Source: Nitrososphaerota archaeon (GTDB taxonomy: Archaea > Thermoproteota > Nitrososphaeria_A > Caldarchaeales > Calditenuaceae). From it: a stretch of 24,000 bases of DNA. A program made the translations under genes and the position numbers. The notes below the pieces were generated by a model. The model ran no database searches. It saw nothing but the letters and a program-made list of their open reading frames with translations, and was not told the DNA's origin. The DNA lies in contig JAVQSZ010000001.1 in the NCBI GenBank assembly GCA_033581555.1, positions 9,000 through 32,999 on the forward strand, in the 5' to 3' direction. This document shows positions 1 to 8,230 of the stretch, piece by piece (within the stretch, counting starts at the first letter, position 1; each line of letters opens with the position of its first letter).

Positions 1-220
1 CCCTCGCCACGCCCTCGATCAACCTGAGGCTCTCGAGCACGAGGAGGACGTCGTCCCTGTCCTCGAGCTGGACCGTGACCACGCCCGCGGACCTCGAAGC
101 AGCTCCGCCCATCGGGCCCCTCGGGTCGATGACCGTCACGTCGAGCCCGTCGAGCGCGGCCGCCATCGCCGCGAAGCTCCCGACGACTCCCCCTCCTACG
201 ACCGCCAAACGCTCGGGCAA
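1..220 (-). CDS. FAD/NAD(P)-binding oxidoreductase (DAO/glycine-oxidase-like), N-terminal fragment; the gene runs off the left edge
   Basis: Reverse-strand translation from TTG at 220 gives LPERLAVVGGGVVGSFAAMAAALDGLDVTVIDPRGPMGGAASRSAGVVTVQLEDRDD..., a classic GxGxxG Rossmann N-terminus followed by an acidic residue at the strand end. It is absent from the ORF track because the window edge truncates it. Start codon choice is uncertain. Confidence 0.55.
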   Translation of the reverse strand, partial: MPERLAVVGGGVVGSFAAMAAALDGLDVTVIDPRGPMGGAASRSAGVVTVQLEDRDDVLLVLESLRLIEGVAR

Positions 221-275
221 GGGTCAGCCCGAAGGTCTTGGGGCTCGGGCCGTTATCACCTTGTCCTCGGGGTTG

Positions 276-1700
276 CTAGGGCGGCCTGTTGCGGAGTGCG
301 TGCTCCTCGTCCGAGTACCTGAAGTACTTCAGTATGATTGGGCACCACTCCCTCTCCGGGCAGTACCCGAGGTGCTTGCACTTCTCACCGATCAACGATC
401 CCAGCCGGGGCGCGGCCCTCTCCACCTCCCTCCAGACCCTGTAGGCTATCGACCTCTCCTCCCACTGTGCTGCGCTGCAGGTCCTCGTCGCGACGAACCC
501 CATCGGGCTGAGGAGGTTGAAGAGGTCGTAGACCCTGACGGTCCGTATCCTGACTGATTGGGGGACGAGGTAGACCGAGGCCGCGGCCCCTGCCTCCTCC
601 TTGACCCTCTCGTGGAGCTCGAGCGCCTCAACGCAGACGTCGATGAAGTCGGACGACCTCGACTCCGAGGACCTGAGATCCGGTGGCACGACGACGTTCC
701 TCTGCGGGTCCCTGATCGCCCTCGAGGAGGCCTCGAGGACCGACTCGACCGCGGTCGGGACCGTCCTGTGCCTGATCGACTGGTGGTAGGCCGCGAGGGA
801 AGGGGCCTCCAAGACCACTGCCTCGACGAGCCCTTGAACGTGGGGCGCGAGGTCTGGTCTCTCCGCGAGGACTTCGTCGACGCCCTTGAGCGCCCTCAGC
901 TCGAGGAGCTCAGCGTCCTGCGGGACCAGGCCTCCGGAGACCCTATCTAGAAGACCGTCGGGCTCCCTCATCGGGTCGAGGAGCGCGTATTCGGTCCATC
1001 TCCCTGAGAAGGAGAGCCTCGACCTCACGGTCAGCGGTGCCGCGGACTCGAGCCCTCTCATCAGCGCCGATGCGAAGGCCCTCAGCTCCTCCGTCACGAT
1101 CCCGATGCCCTGTTGCGCCTTCCTGATCAGGTAGACAGCGGACTCAAAAGAGGAGGCGGAGAAGAACGACGTGGCGGTCGCGAGCGGGAGGACGTACCTC
1201 GCGTCCTCGATGGCGACGCCCTCTCCCACGAGCCTCGAGTACTCTGCGAAGGCCCTTCGGAGCCCCCTCACGACCTCGCTCTCAAGCCCCGTGCCCCGGA
1301 CCTCCGCGGGGACCAGCGTCTTCTCCTCAGTCACCGGCGACCTCCTCTGGCTCTCCTGGAGGAAGCTCCCGAACCTGGTGCTGAGCGCCAGCATCGAGAG
1401 CGCCCTCGAGCACCACCGGACCTCGAGGAACGGAATGAACGACGTCGTGAGCGAAGCGTGCCCCCTCCTCGTCGACTCGAAGTGGACCTTCGCCGCGAAC
1501 TTCCTCAGGTCCTTCCCCTTCGCGACCAGCTCGAAGGCGTTTCTCGCGAGGTCCACGATTGAGAAGGTCCCGACACCCTCGATCGCGATCACCTCGTCGG
1601 GTCCCAGCTGGATGCCGTCGACCCTCGACTTGGGGCCGAAGTCGATCAGCGTGACCTCGAGCTGGTCGGTGTACCTCAAGTCACAGGCAGACGGCGGCAT
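276..1700 (-). CDS. Tandem ThyX-like (two Thy1-type modules) flavin-dependent thymidylate synthase family protein, 474 aa
   Basis: ATG at 1700. The N-half has GHASL...CSRALSMLALSTRFGSFLQESQRRS and DARYVLPLATATSFF. The C-half has SLAAYHQSIRHRTVPTAVES, SVYLVPQSVRIRTVRVYDLFNLL and RTCSAAQWEERSIAY. These resemble the ThyX blocks (SRa..q..RHR..S...S.RY; aR.vLP....t....N.R.L..f..lR....AQwEI). Coding status is solid; the function is a family-level guess. Confidence 0.6.
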   Translation of the reverse strand: MPPSACDLRYTDQLEVTLIDFGPKSRVDGIQLGPDEVIAIEGVGTFSIVDLARNAFELVAKGKDLRKFAAKVHFESTRRGHASLTTSFIPFLEVRWCSRALSMLALSTRFGSFLQESQRRSPVTEEKTLVPAEVRGTGLESEVVRGLRRAFAEYSRLVGEGVAIEDARYVLPLATATSFFSASSFESAVYLIRKAQQGIGIVTEELRAFASALMRGLESAAPLTVRSRLSFSGRWTEYALLDPMREPDGLLDRVSGGLVPQDAELLELRALKGVDEVLAERPDLAPHVQGLVEAVVLEAPSLAAYHQSIRHRTVPTAVESVLEASSRAIRDPQRNVVVPPDLRSSESRSSDFIDVCVEALELHERVKEEAGAAASVYLVPQSVRIRTVRVYDLFNLLSPMGFVATRTCSAAQWEERSIAYRVWREVERAAPRLGSLIGEKCKHLGYCPEREWCPIILKYFRYSDEEHALRNRPP

Positions 1701-1894
1701 TCACGGATTAAGCTTGAGCAGCATGCGGTAGAGGCAGCGATTCAGGTCTGACCTAGGACCCGACCGACCGATTACGAGTGGGCCGTCAGGCCTAAATCCT
1801 CAGCGGGCCGACTGAGAAGCGGGGCGGTGAGGAGCAACGTCCATGCCGAGCGGTGAGGCGCCGATGGGCAGTCCGAGCCCCCTGCTCTCTGGGG

Positions 1895-2401
1895 TCACCG
1901 GTCCGCGAGCGCGCCCCTGAGGACCTGCTCCAGCCCCTTCAGCCCCCTCTCCTGGACCTCCTCGATCGAGCCCCTCCTCAGGGACCTGACGCGCGCTATC
2001 GCCTCCTCGGCCGCGACCCCCTTCGTGGCCATCAGGTACGCCGCGAGGACCGTCCCAGTCCTGCCCTTCCCGGCGGCGCAGTGGACCAGCACCCTCTTCC
2101 CCCTCGACCTGATGTCCCTGATCGTCTTGACGGCCCTGAGGAGGTCCCCGGCCGGGGGCATCTCGTGGTTCCTCATCGGGACGTGATGGTACTCGAGCCC
2201 CAACCCCTCGAGCAGCTCGTCCGGTATCGGGTCCTCGGTGAGCGATAGGACCGCGTCCACGCCCCTGCTCGCGACGTACAGGAGCTGGGACCTGTTGACG
2301 GGCCTGCCGGAGGCAGCTATCCCGTCCTCGAACCACCCGAAGTTCTGCGGGCTCTCGGCGAAGATCCCCCTTAGCCTCCTCAAGAGGTCTCCAGCGCCCA
2401 T
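1895..2401 (-). CDS. Cys-based protein tyrosine/dual-specificity phosphatase, 168 aa
   Basis: P-loop VLVHCAAGKGRTGTVLAAYLM (HCxxGxxRT). Size and layout match small archaeal PTPs. I start at ATG 2401 (MGAGDLLRRL...) because the longer track ORF (to 2680) would run through the prs start and its promoter. Confidence 0.8.
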   Translation of the reverse strand: MGAGDLLRRLRGIFAESPQNFGWFEDGIAASGRPVNRSQLLYVASRGVDAVLSLTEDPIPDELLEGLGLEYHHVPMRNHEMPPAGDLLRAVKTIRDIRSRGKRVLVHCAAGKGRTGTVLAAYLMATKGVAAEEAIARVRSLRRGSIEEVQERGLKGLEQVLRGALADR

Positions 2402-2423
2402 CGGCCCGACCGCCTCCCGCCTC

Positions 2424-2459
2424 CTAAAAAGTGGGACCGTGCCGGAAGAGGTTGAATAG
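2424..2459. promoter_or_regulatory. Divergent promoter region with TATA-like boxes for the phosphatase (-) and prs (+)
   Basis: On the minus strand, CTTTTTAGG (2431-2423) is centred about 26 nt upstream of ATG 2401. On the plus strand, TTGAATAG (2452-2459) is centred about 27 nt upstream of ATG 2483. Both spacings fit leaderless archaeal transcripts. Confidence 0.4.
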
Positions 2460-2482
2460 CCTCCAGCGGACGTTGCCGGCGG

Positions 2483-3373
2483 ATGGGCTCCGTAATCGTC
2501 GTCGCGGGGCCGGCGTCGGTCCACCTCTCGAGGAGGGTCGCGTCGGCGCTGGGCCTCGAGGCGGTGGAGGTCCAGCACAGGTTCTTCCCGGACGGCGAGT
2601 CCTACCTGCGGCTCGAGTGCGACGTCAGCGGGAAGACCGCGGTCCTCTTCCAGGGGACCCACCCGCCTCAGGACGTCCACGCGCTCCAGCTACTGATGCT
2701 CTCAAGGACGCTGAGGGAGAGGGGGGCATCGGAGGTGATCGCGGTCGTGCCGTATCTGGCCTATGCGAGGCAGGACAGGGAGTTCCTGAGAGGGGAGGTC
2801 GTGAGCCTCAGGCAGCTCCTCGGGCTCATGGCCGACTCCGGCGTCGGGACGCTCGTCACGGTGAACCCGCACTCCCCCTGGGCGCTGGAACGGGAGGACA
2901 TGAGGTCCGTCGCGGTCGACGTGACCGCCGAGGTCGCGAGGGGGGCCGCGAGGTTCCACGGGAGGTTCGACCTCGTCGCCTCTCCCGGGAAGAAGGGCGA
3001 GAGGATGGCTAGAGCTGCTGGCGAGGCGATCGGCGCGCAGTGGACCAGCTTGACCAGCAGCAGGGACCCGGTGACGGGCAGGGTGGAGGTGATCGTCCCC
3101 GAGGCCCGAGTCGAGGGCCGGAGGGTCCTACTGATCGACGACATCGTCAGCACTGGCGGGACGATGGTCGAGGCGGTCAGGGCGCTCAGGTCCCTCGGGG
3201 CGTCGGAGGTCGTCGTAGCATGCGTCCACGGCCTCTTCGTCGGAGACGCGGCGAGGAGGATCGTTGAGAGCGGCGCCTCGGCCGTCCACTCGACCGACAC
3301 CGTCACTTCGGAGCACTCGAGGATCTCTGTCGCGGGAGCCCTCACAGAGGCCCTGAGGCCGATGACAGCGTGA
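2483..3373 (+). CDS. prs: Ribose-phosphate pyrophosphokinase (PRPP synthetase)
   Basis: N-terminus ...FPDGESYLRL and PRPP-binding loop VLLIDDIVSTGGTMVEAV; 296 aa. Confidence 0.9.
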   Translation: MGSVIVVAGPASVHLSRRVASALGLEAVEVQHRFFPDGESYLRLECDVSGKTAVLFQGTHPPQDVHALQLLMLSRTLRERGASEVIAVVPYLAYARQDREFLRGEVVSLRQLLGLMADSGVGTLVTVNPHSPWALEREDMRSVAVDVTAEVARGAARFHGRFDLVASPGKKGERMARAAGEAIGAQWTSLTSSRDPVTGRVEVIVPEARVEGRRVLLIDDIVSTGGTMVEAVRALRSLGASEVVVACVHGLFVGDAARRIVESGASAVHSTDTVTSEHSRISVAGALTEALRPMTA

Positions 3374-4398
3374 GGACCGGGAAGTACGTCGCCCTCCTCT
3401 CGGGAGACCACCCCGAGCTCGGACTCGGCGAGCTGAGGGCCGTCCTCGACGTCCTGGGCGTGAAGGGCGAGCCGGCGCTCCTCTGCGAGAGGCTCGCGTC
3501 CTTCGAGGCTACCGAGGAGAGGGCGCGGGAGGCGGCGAGGAGGTGCGCGTTCGTGAAGGAGGTGATCGGACTCGCGATCGCCGTCGGGCCCGAGCTGATC
3601 GGGTCAGAGGTCGAGGTGGACCCCTCTGCGTTGGAGGTGATCGAGGAGCCGTACGCGGTCAGGGTCGTGAAGCTCGCCGGAGCGGAGGCGCCGTCGAGGG
3701 TCGAGGTCGAGCGCTGGGCCGCTTCAGCGGTCGAGAGGTCGAGACCCGGTCTCAGGGTCGACCTGAAGTCCCCCAGGTCCGTCTTCAGGGTCTACGTCAC
3801 CGAGAGGCTCGTCGCCGGAGGGCCGGTCGTGGGCGTGAGGGACGGCGCGGGGCTAGCGAGCAGGGCGCCGGTGAACAGGCCCTTCAGGCTACCCTCTACT
3901 CTCCAGCCCAAGGAGGCGAGGGCGATGGTGAACCTCAGCAGGACGCCTTTGGGCTCGAGGATCCTGGACCCGTTCTCGGGGACCGGCGCAGTATTGATGG
4001 AGGCGGCGTCGCTCGGCTACGACGCGGTCGGGATAGAGGTGAGGACCTGGATCGCGAGGGGATCGCTGAGGAACCTGAAGGCGTTCGGACTGTCCGACAG
4101 GGCCGGCGTGATAGCGGGGGACTCGACGTCGTTGCCCGTGAGGGGAGGAGTCGGCGGCGTCGCGACTGACCCTCCCTACGGTAAGTCGACTCGGGTGATC
4201 GGCCCCTCCCTCGAGGACCTCGTCGACGGGGTCCTCTCGGAACTAGCAGAGCTCCTCGAGAGGGGCAGGAGGATCGTCGTCGCCTACCCGCTCGGCCGCA
4301 GGGCTCCGGCGGTCCTCGAGGGCCCCATGGTCGTCGAGAGGTATGCCTACAGGGTCCACTCCTCGCTGACCAGGACCATCAACGTCCTTCAGGTCTGA
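3370..4398 (+). CDS. trm11: THUMP-domain tRNA (guanine-N2)-methyltransferase, archaeal Trm11/Trm-G10 type
   Basis: The GTG start overlaps the prs stop (GTGA). SAM motif ILDPFSGTGAVLMEA and catalytic ATDPPYGKST (DPPY), with an N-terminal THUMP-like region; 342 aa. Confidence 0.75.
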   Translation: MRTGKYVALLSGDHPELGLGELRAVLDVLGVKGEPALLCERLASFEATEERAREAARRCAFVKEVIGLAIAVGPELIGSEVEVDPSALEVIEEPYAVRVVKLAGAEAPSRVEVERWAASAVERSRPGLRVDLKSPRSVFRVYVTERLVAGGPVVGVRDGAGLASRAPVNRPFRLPSTLQPKEARAMVNLSRTPLGSRILDPFSGTGAVLMEAASLGYDAVGIEVRTWIARGSLRNLKAFGLSDRAGVIAGDSTSLPVRGGVGGVATDPPYGKSTRVIGPSLEDLVDGVLSELAELLERGRRIVVAYPLGRRAPAVLEGPMVVERYAYRVHSSLTRTINVLQV

Positions 4399-4455
4399 GA
4401 CGGTGGAAGAGCGGCGCGCCAACCGTTTTATCCAGGCCCTCAGGGAGTAAGTGCG

Positions 4456-4878
4456 ATGTCGATCCCGAAGGACGGGCTCTCGGACGAGGAGGTCAGGAGG
4501 ATACTCTCGATGAGGAGGGTCGTGGTCGTCGGGATGTCGAGGGACCCTGCTAAGCCGGCCCACTACGTCCCCAAGTACCTCCTCGACAAGGGCTACGAGG
4601 TGATTCCGGTGAACCCGACCGCTGACGAGATCCTCGGCCTCAAGGTCCACAAGTCGTTGGCCGAGGTCAAAGGGCCCGTCGACGTGGTCGACGTCTTCAG
4701 ACCCTCCGAGGAGGTCCCAGAGGTCGTCAGGGAGGCAGTCAAGCTGAACCCGAAGGCCATCTGGCTCCAGGAAGGGATCTACCACCCGGAGGCCGTTGAG
4801 ATCGCGAGGAAACACGGAGTCACGATCGTCTGGGACAGGTGCATGATGAAGGAGCACAGACGGCTCATCAGGGCCTGA
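4456..4878 (+). CDS. CoA-binding domain protein (YccU/YneT-like)
   Basis: RRVVVVGMSRDPAKPAHYVPKYLLDKGYEVIPVNP...VDVVDVFR is the typical single-domain CoA-binding Rossmann pattern. TATA-like CGTTTTATCC lies near 4425. Confidence 0.8.
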   Translation: MSIPKDGLSDEEVRRILSMRRVVVVGMSRDPAKPAHYVPKYLLDKGYEVIPVNPTADEILGLKVHKSLAEVKGPVDVVDVFRPSEEVPEVVREAVKLNPKAIWLQEGIYHPEAVEIARKHGVTIVWDRCMMKEHRRLIRA

Positions 4879-4950
4879 GACCACTTTACATTATTCTTTA
4901 CTTAGACTGCTTATCGCAGAAGATATACAACAATTGAGTTCAGTCGATTT
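4879..4950. terminator. AT-rich convergent intergenic spacer; probable bidirectional oligo-T termination zone
   Basis: This is the only strongly AT-rich stretch in the window (ccactttacattattctttacttagac...cagtcgatttttag). It sits between the 3' ends of the CoA-binding gene (+) and pheT (-) and carries T-runs on both strands. Confidence 0.4.
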
Positions 4951-6603
4951 TTAGAGGAGACCGAGGGACTCGACGTCCAGCTCCATGATGACCGTAGGCA
5001 TCTCGATCCCGAACTCCTCCAGCACCGATGGGTGCACCTCCCCTGCGAGCCCCACCTCGACGCCCTTGTTGGTTAGGGCCACGGACCTCCCGCCGATCAG
5101 GAACGGATAGTCCCTCTCCGTGGGAACGAGCTCGACCTTGAGGAACCTCGAGACCTCCTCGAAGACCGACTTGACCTCGGTGTAGGAAGCCTGGGAGTGG
5201 CTCGACGCGCAGGCGAGCCTCAGGGACCTCTTCGCCATCTCCGGTCTCGAGTCGTCGTGGAGGACGATGTCCCCAAGCTCGAAGAGCCTCTGCGGATAGG
5301 GGTTGTGCCTGTTCGCGGCGAGGTTGTTCAACAGCCCCGGGATCAGCGTCGTCCTCAGCGAGTCGTACTCCGAGGAGGCTGGGTTGAGGAGCCTCACGGG
5401 ACCGGGCGAGTCGGGAGGGAGGAACCTCCTCAGGACCGATCGGTTAGCGAGTACCGTGTTGATGACCTCCGTGAACCCGAGGCCTACCATCATCGACCTG
5501 AGGACCTCCTCGACGCGGGTCCTGCGGAGGACCGAGCCGAAGCCGTGGGTCTTCGGGACCTCCGGCTCGAGCCTGTCCCAGACCGCGATCGCCACCTCCT
5601 CCGCGATGTCAACTGGATGAAGCAGGTCGGTCCTGTGGGGCGGGGCCTCGACGAGGACTTTTCCCCTTCTCAGCGTGGCTCCGAACCTCATCCTCCTCAG
5701 CGCCCCGACGACCTCCCTCCCGCTCAGCTCCACGCCGAGCGCCTCCGCGACCGTCCCGAGGTCCACCTTCCACCTCGTCGGCCTGAGGTCAGGCGACTCG
5801 AACCTCCTCCTGCCGTCGACCACCTCGACGGTGTAGACCCTTCCGCCGAGGTCGTGAAGGTGCGAGACGAGGACGTTCAGGGCCCGGCCTATCGCCTCGG
5901 GGTCGGTACCGGTCACGTCGATGAAGACGTCTCGGGTCGACGCTGTCACCTCGGTGAGCGAGGAGTTGATCACCGGCGGGAACGACATCACCTCGCCCCT
6001 GCCGTCAAGGATCAGAGGCGCCAGGCCCGTGTGCCTCACCAGGTCGCCGTAGGCCCTCCCGGTGGGGAGCCTCTCGAGGATCTCCGCGCAAGTCATCGGG
6101 ACGGTGCCGTGGAGCGGGACGAACCTCACCTCGTCCAAGGGCCTTGCGATGTACCGGACCGGTGGCCTGACTCTGGAGAGGTCGTGGATCCCTATCGCGA
6201 CCTTCCTCCTGTTTCTCCCGAGGACCCAGTGGAGGTCCTCCTGGACGGCGATCAGCTCGACGAGGTCATCCTCCGTGAGCCCGAGGCCCCTCACGATCGC
6301 GCCGACCGCGTAGGGCCTCACCGGCTTCACGCTGTGATCGACGATCAACCTCCAACCCGACCTCCTCGCCCTGACCCTGTAGAGCCCCACCTCGATCCCG
6401 AGCAGGCCCTTTAGGGCTCTAGCAAGCCCGGCGTGTGATGAGAAGTCCGGCCTGTTGGGGTTGTACTCGGCCTTGACCTCGTCCCCAGCCACCTCGTCGA
6501 CCGAGACGCCGAGCCTCGCGAGGAGCTCCGCGACCTGATCCGGAGTGAGGTCCATCCCGACCATCCGGCTGAGCTTGCTGGCCCTGACGGTTATCGCCGG
6601 CAA
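4951..6603 (-). CDS. pheT: Phenylalanine--tRNA ligase beta subunit (archaeal type)
   Basis: 550 aa with a TTG start (MPAITVRASKL...). B3/4-B5-like architecture. It lies 6 nt downstream of pheS on the same strand. Confidence 0.9.
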   Translation of the reverse strand: MPAITVRASKLSRMVGMDLTPDQVAELLARLGVSVDEVAGDEVKAEYNPNRPDFSSHAGLARALKGLLGIEVGLYRVRARRSGWRLIVDHSVKPVRPYAVGAIVRGLGLTEDDLVELIAVQEDLHWVLGRNRRKVAIGIHDLSRVRPPVRYIARPLDEVRFVPLHGTVPMTCAEILERLPTGRAYGDLVRHTGLAPLILDGRGEVMSFPPVINSSLTEVTASTRDVFIDVTGTDPEAIGRALNVLVSHLHDLGGRVYTVEVVDGRRRFESPDLRPTRWKVDLGTVAEALGVELSGREVVGALRRMRFGATLRRGKVLVEAPPHRTDLLHPVDIAEEVAIAVWDRLEPEVPKTHGFGSVLRRTRVEEVLRSMMVGLGFTEVINTVLANRSVLRRFLPPDSPGPVRLLNPASSEYDSLRTTLIPGLLNNLAANRHNPYPQRLFELGDIVLHDDSRPEMAKRSLRLACASSHSQASYTEVKSVFEEVSRFLKVELVPTERDYPFLIGGRSVALTNKGVEVGLAGEVHPSVLEEFGIEMPTVIMELDVESLGLL

Positions 6604-6609
6604 ACTGGG

Positions 6610-8145
6610 TCACCTGACCGCGAAGGTGCTCGCGGACCTGATCCAGGAGAGGTCGTTCAGGTAGAAGGTCCTGATGTCCTCGAGGCCGTGCACGATGAGG
6701 GCGAGCCTCTCGAGCCCCAGGCCCCACGCGAGGACCGGGTACTTGACGCCGAGCGGCCTCGTGACCTCTGGCCTGAAGACGCCCATGCCTCCTAGCTCGA
6801 CCCACCTCTCGAGGTCCCTGAAGTAGACGTCGACTTCGGCGGAGGGCTCCGTGTAAGGGAAGTAGCTCGGCCTGAACCTGACCTCCTTCAGCCCCAGCCT
6901 CGCGTAGAACTCCCTGATTATCCCCATCAGGTGCCTGAGCCCGACGCCGCGGTCCATCAGGATCCCCTCGATCTGGTGGAACTCCGCGAGCCTCTTCCAG
7001 TTGACCCTCTCGTTCCTGAAGATCCTGTCGACCGAGAAGACCTTGACCGGTGGCTCCCTGCGCTCCGCGAGGTACCTGATCGTGGTCGCGGTGGTGTGGG
7101 TCCTGAGGACGAGCCTCGAGGCCTCATCAGCGCTCCACCTGTACCTCCACCCCTTGGACCCTGTGTCGCCTCCTGTCTCGTGGGCCTCCTTTACCTTACC
7201 CACCAGGTCCTCGGGGAGCCTGCCGGTCGAGGGCCACTCGAGGTAGAAGGTATCGTGCATCTCCCTCGCGGGGTGGTCCTGGGGCTGGAAGAGGGCGTCG
7301 AAGTTCCAGAACGCCAGCTCGACAAGTGGGCCCTGGACCTCCTCGAACCCCAGCTCGACGAAGGCCTCCCTGACCCTCCTGATCAGCGAGGTGAGGGGGT
7401 GCTCCCTTGCGGCGAAGACCGGCTTGACCGGCGCGAGGACGTCGTACCTGATCAGGTGGACCGACCTCCACCTCCCGGTCTTGATCAGCTCGGGCGTGAG
7501 CTGGCTCACCGCGTCGACCGGCTGCTCGACGGACTTCGCGACCAGCAACCCCTCGCGGGTCGCCTCGACGACGTGCTCCCTCTCCTCCCTTAGCTTCACG
7601 AGCCCGGCCCTCCTCGAGAGCCTCGCAGCTGCGCCCGCGAGCGCCCCTAGCTCCTCCAGGCTTCTGGGGCCTGACCTCAGCGCCTCCAGCACCATCTCCT
7701 CCTCCGTCCTGTAGTCGGGGTAGCTGACCAGCTCGACGTAGGTCTCGTCGCCCTCCTTCGCGACCTCGACCCAACCCTGCTTCTTCGCCCAAAGGACGCC
7801 GATCCTCACCCTCTCCTCGTCCGTCCCCTCGATCGAGCGGAGCTCCGTAAGGCTCGCCCTGCCTCCCTTCGACCTCAGGAAGTCCACCAGCCTCCTCTCG
7901 GGAAGGCCCTTCGTGCTGTACTCGAGGCCCTCGCCGCTCAGCTCCGCGACGGTCCTCACGGTGACCTCGCTGACGCTGACCAGCCCCTTCGACGCGAGCC
8001 TCTCGACCGACTTCGCGACCGCTCCCCGGTCGAGGCCCGTCCTCCTCGAGACCTCGCCGAAGCTGAGCCTCTCTCCCGAGGAGAGCGCCCAGAGCACCCT
8101 CGCCTCGATCGGGTGGAGGGCGATCCTCCCGGCCTCCGAGCTCAA
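6610..8145 (-). CDS. pheS: Phenylalanine--tRNA ligase alpha subunit (archaeal type)
   Basis: 511 aa with a TTG start. N-terminal wHTH repeats, class II motifs (FRNE..., GLGLERLA), and a long archaeal/eukaryotic-type N-extension. Confidence 0.9.
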   Translation of the reverse strand: MSSEAGRIALHPIEARVLWALSSGERLSFGEVSRRTGLDRGAVAKSVERLASKGLVSVSEVTVRTVAELSGEGLEYSTKGLPERRLVDFLRSKGGRASLTELRSIEGTDEERVRIGVLWAKKQGWVEVAKEGDETYVELVSYPDYRTEEEMVLEALRSGPRSLEELGALAGAAARLSRRAGLVKLREEREHVVEATREGLLVAKSVEQPVDAVSQLTPELIKTGRWRSVHLIRYDVLAPVKPVFAAREHPLTSLIRRVREAFVELGFEEVQGPLVELAFWNFDALFQPQDHPAREMHDTFYLEWPSTGRLPEDLVGKVKEAHETGGDTGSKGWRYRWSADEASRLVLRTHTTATTIRYLAERREPPVKVFSVDRIFRNERVNWKRLAEFHQIEGILMDRGVGLRHLMGIIREFYARLGLKEVRFRPSYFPYTEPSAEVDVYFRDLERWVELGGMGVFRPEVTRPLGVKYPVLAWGLGLERLALIVHGLEDIRTFYLNDLSWIRSASTFAVR

Positions 8146-8170
8146 CCCTCAGCCCCGACCCGACAGGCAG

Positions 8171-8230
8171 TCTATTAAGTTCACGAGTCGTGGTCGCACG
8201 TTTATAGTGCGGCGGTGCCCCCTAGGGGGC
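8171..8230. promoter_or_regulatory. Divergent pheS/osmC promoter region with two TATA-like boxes and a 14-bp perfect palindrome
   Basis: On the minus strand, CTTAATAGA (8179-8171) lies 26 nt before the pheS TTG 8145. On the plus strand, TTTATAG (8201-8207) lies 24 nt before the osmC ATG 8231. GCCCCCTAGGGGGC (8217-8230) abuts that ATG. Confidence 0.45.

Noticed and set aside
1895-2680. N-terminally extended versions of real genes in the ORF track: 1895-2680, 7913-8749, 8692-9483, 11221-12276, 12000-12680, and 22301-23206.
   Set aside because: The extensions run through neighbouring genes or promoters and translate to non-protein-like sequence. Internal ATG starts with a TATA-like box about 25 nt upstream, or an ATGA stop-start overlap, give proteins of the expected family length.
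5197-6414. Long ORFs antisense to or overlapping confidently assigned genes. Examples: 5197-6414 (+) in pheT, 6931-7593 (+) and 7196-7792 (-) in pheS, 15095-16279 (+) in HMGCS, 14147-14878 (+) in the thiolase, 11152-11850 (+) in pdxT, 20990-21766 (+), 21729-22397 (+) and 21970-22539 (-) in the ECF genes, 4243-4884 (-), 3543-4169 (+), 2431-3012 (+), 558-950 (+), and 1113-1731 (+).
   Set aside because: Their translations are Arg/Pro/Gly/Asp-rich low-complexity strings with no motifs, as expected for stop-poor alternative frames of GC-rich coding DNA. In each case the other frame or strand carries a gene with clear family signatures.
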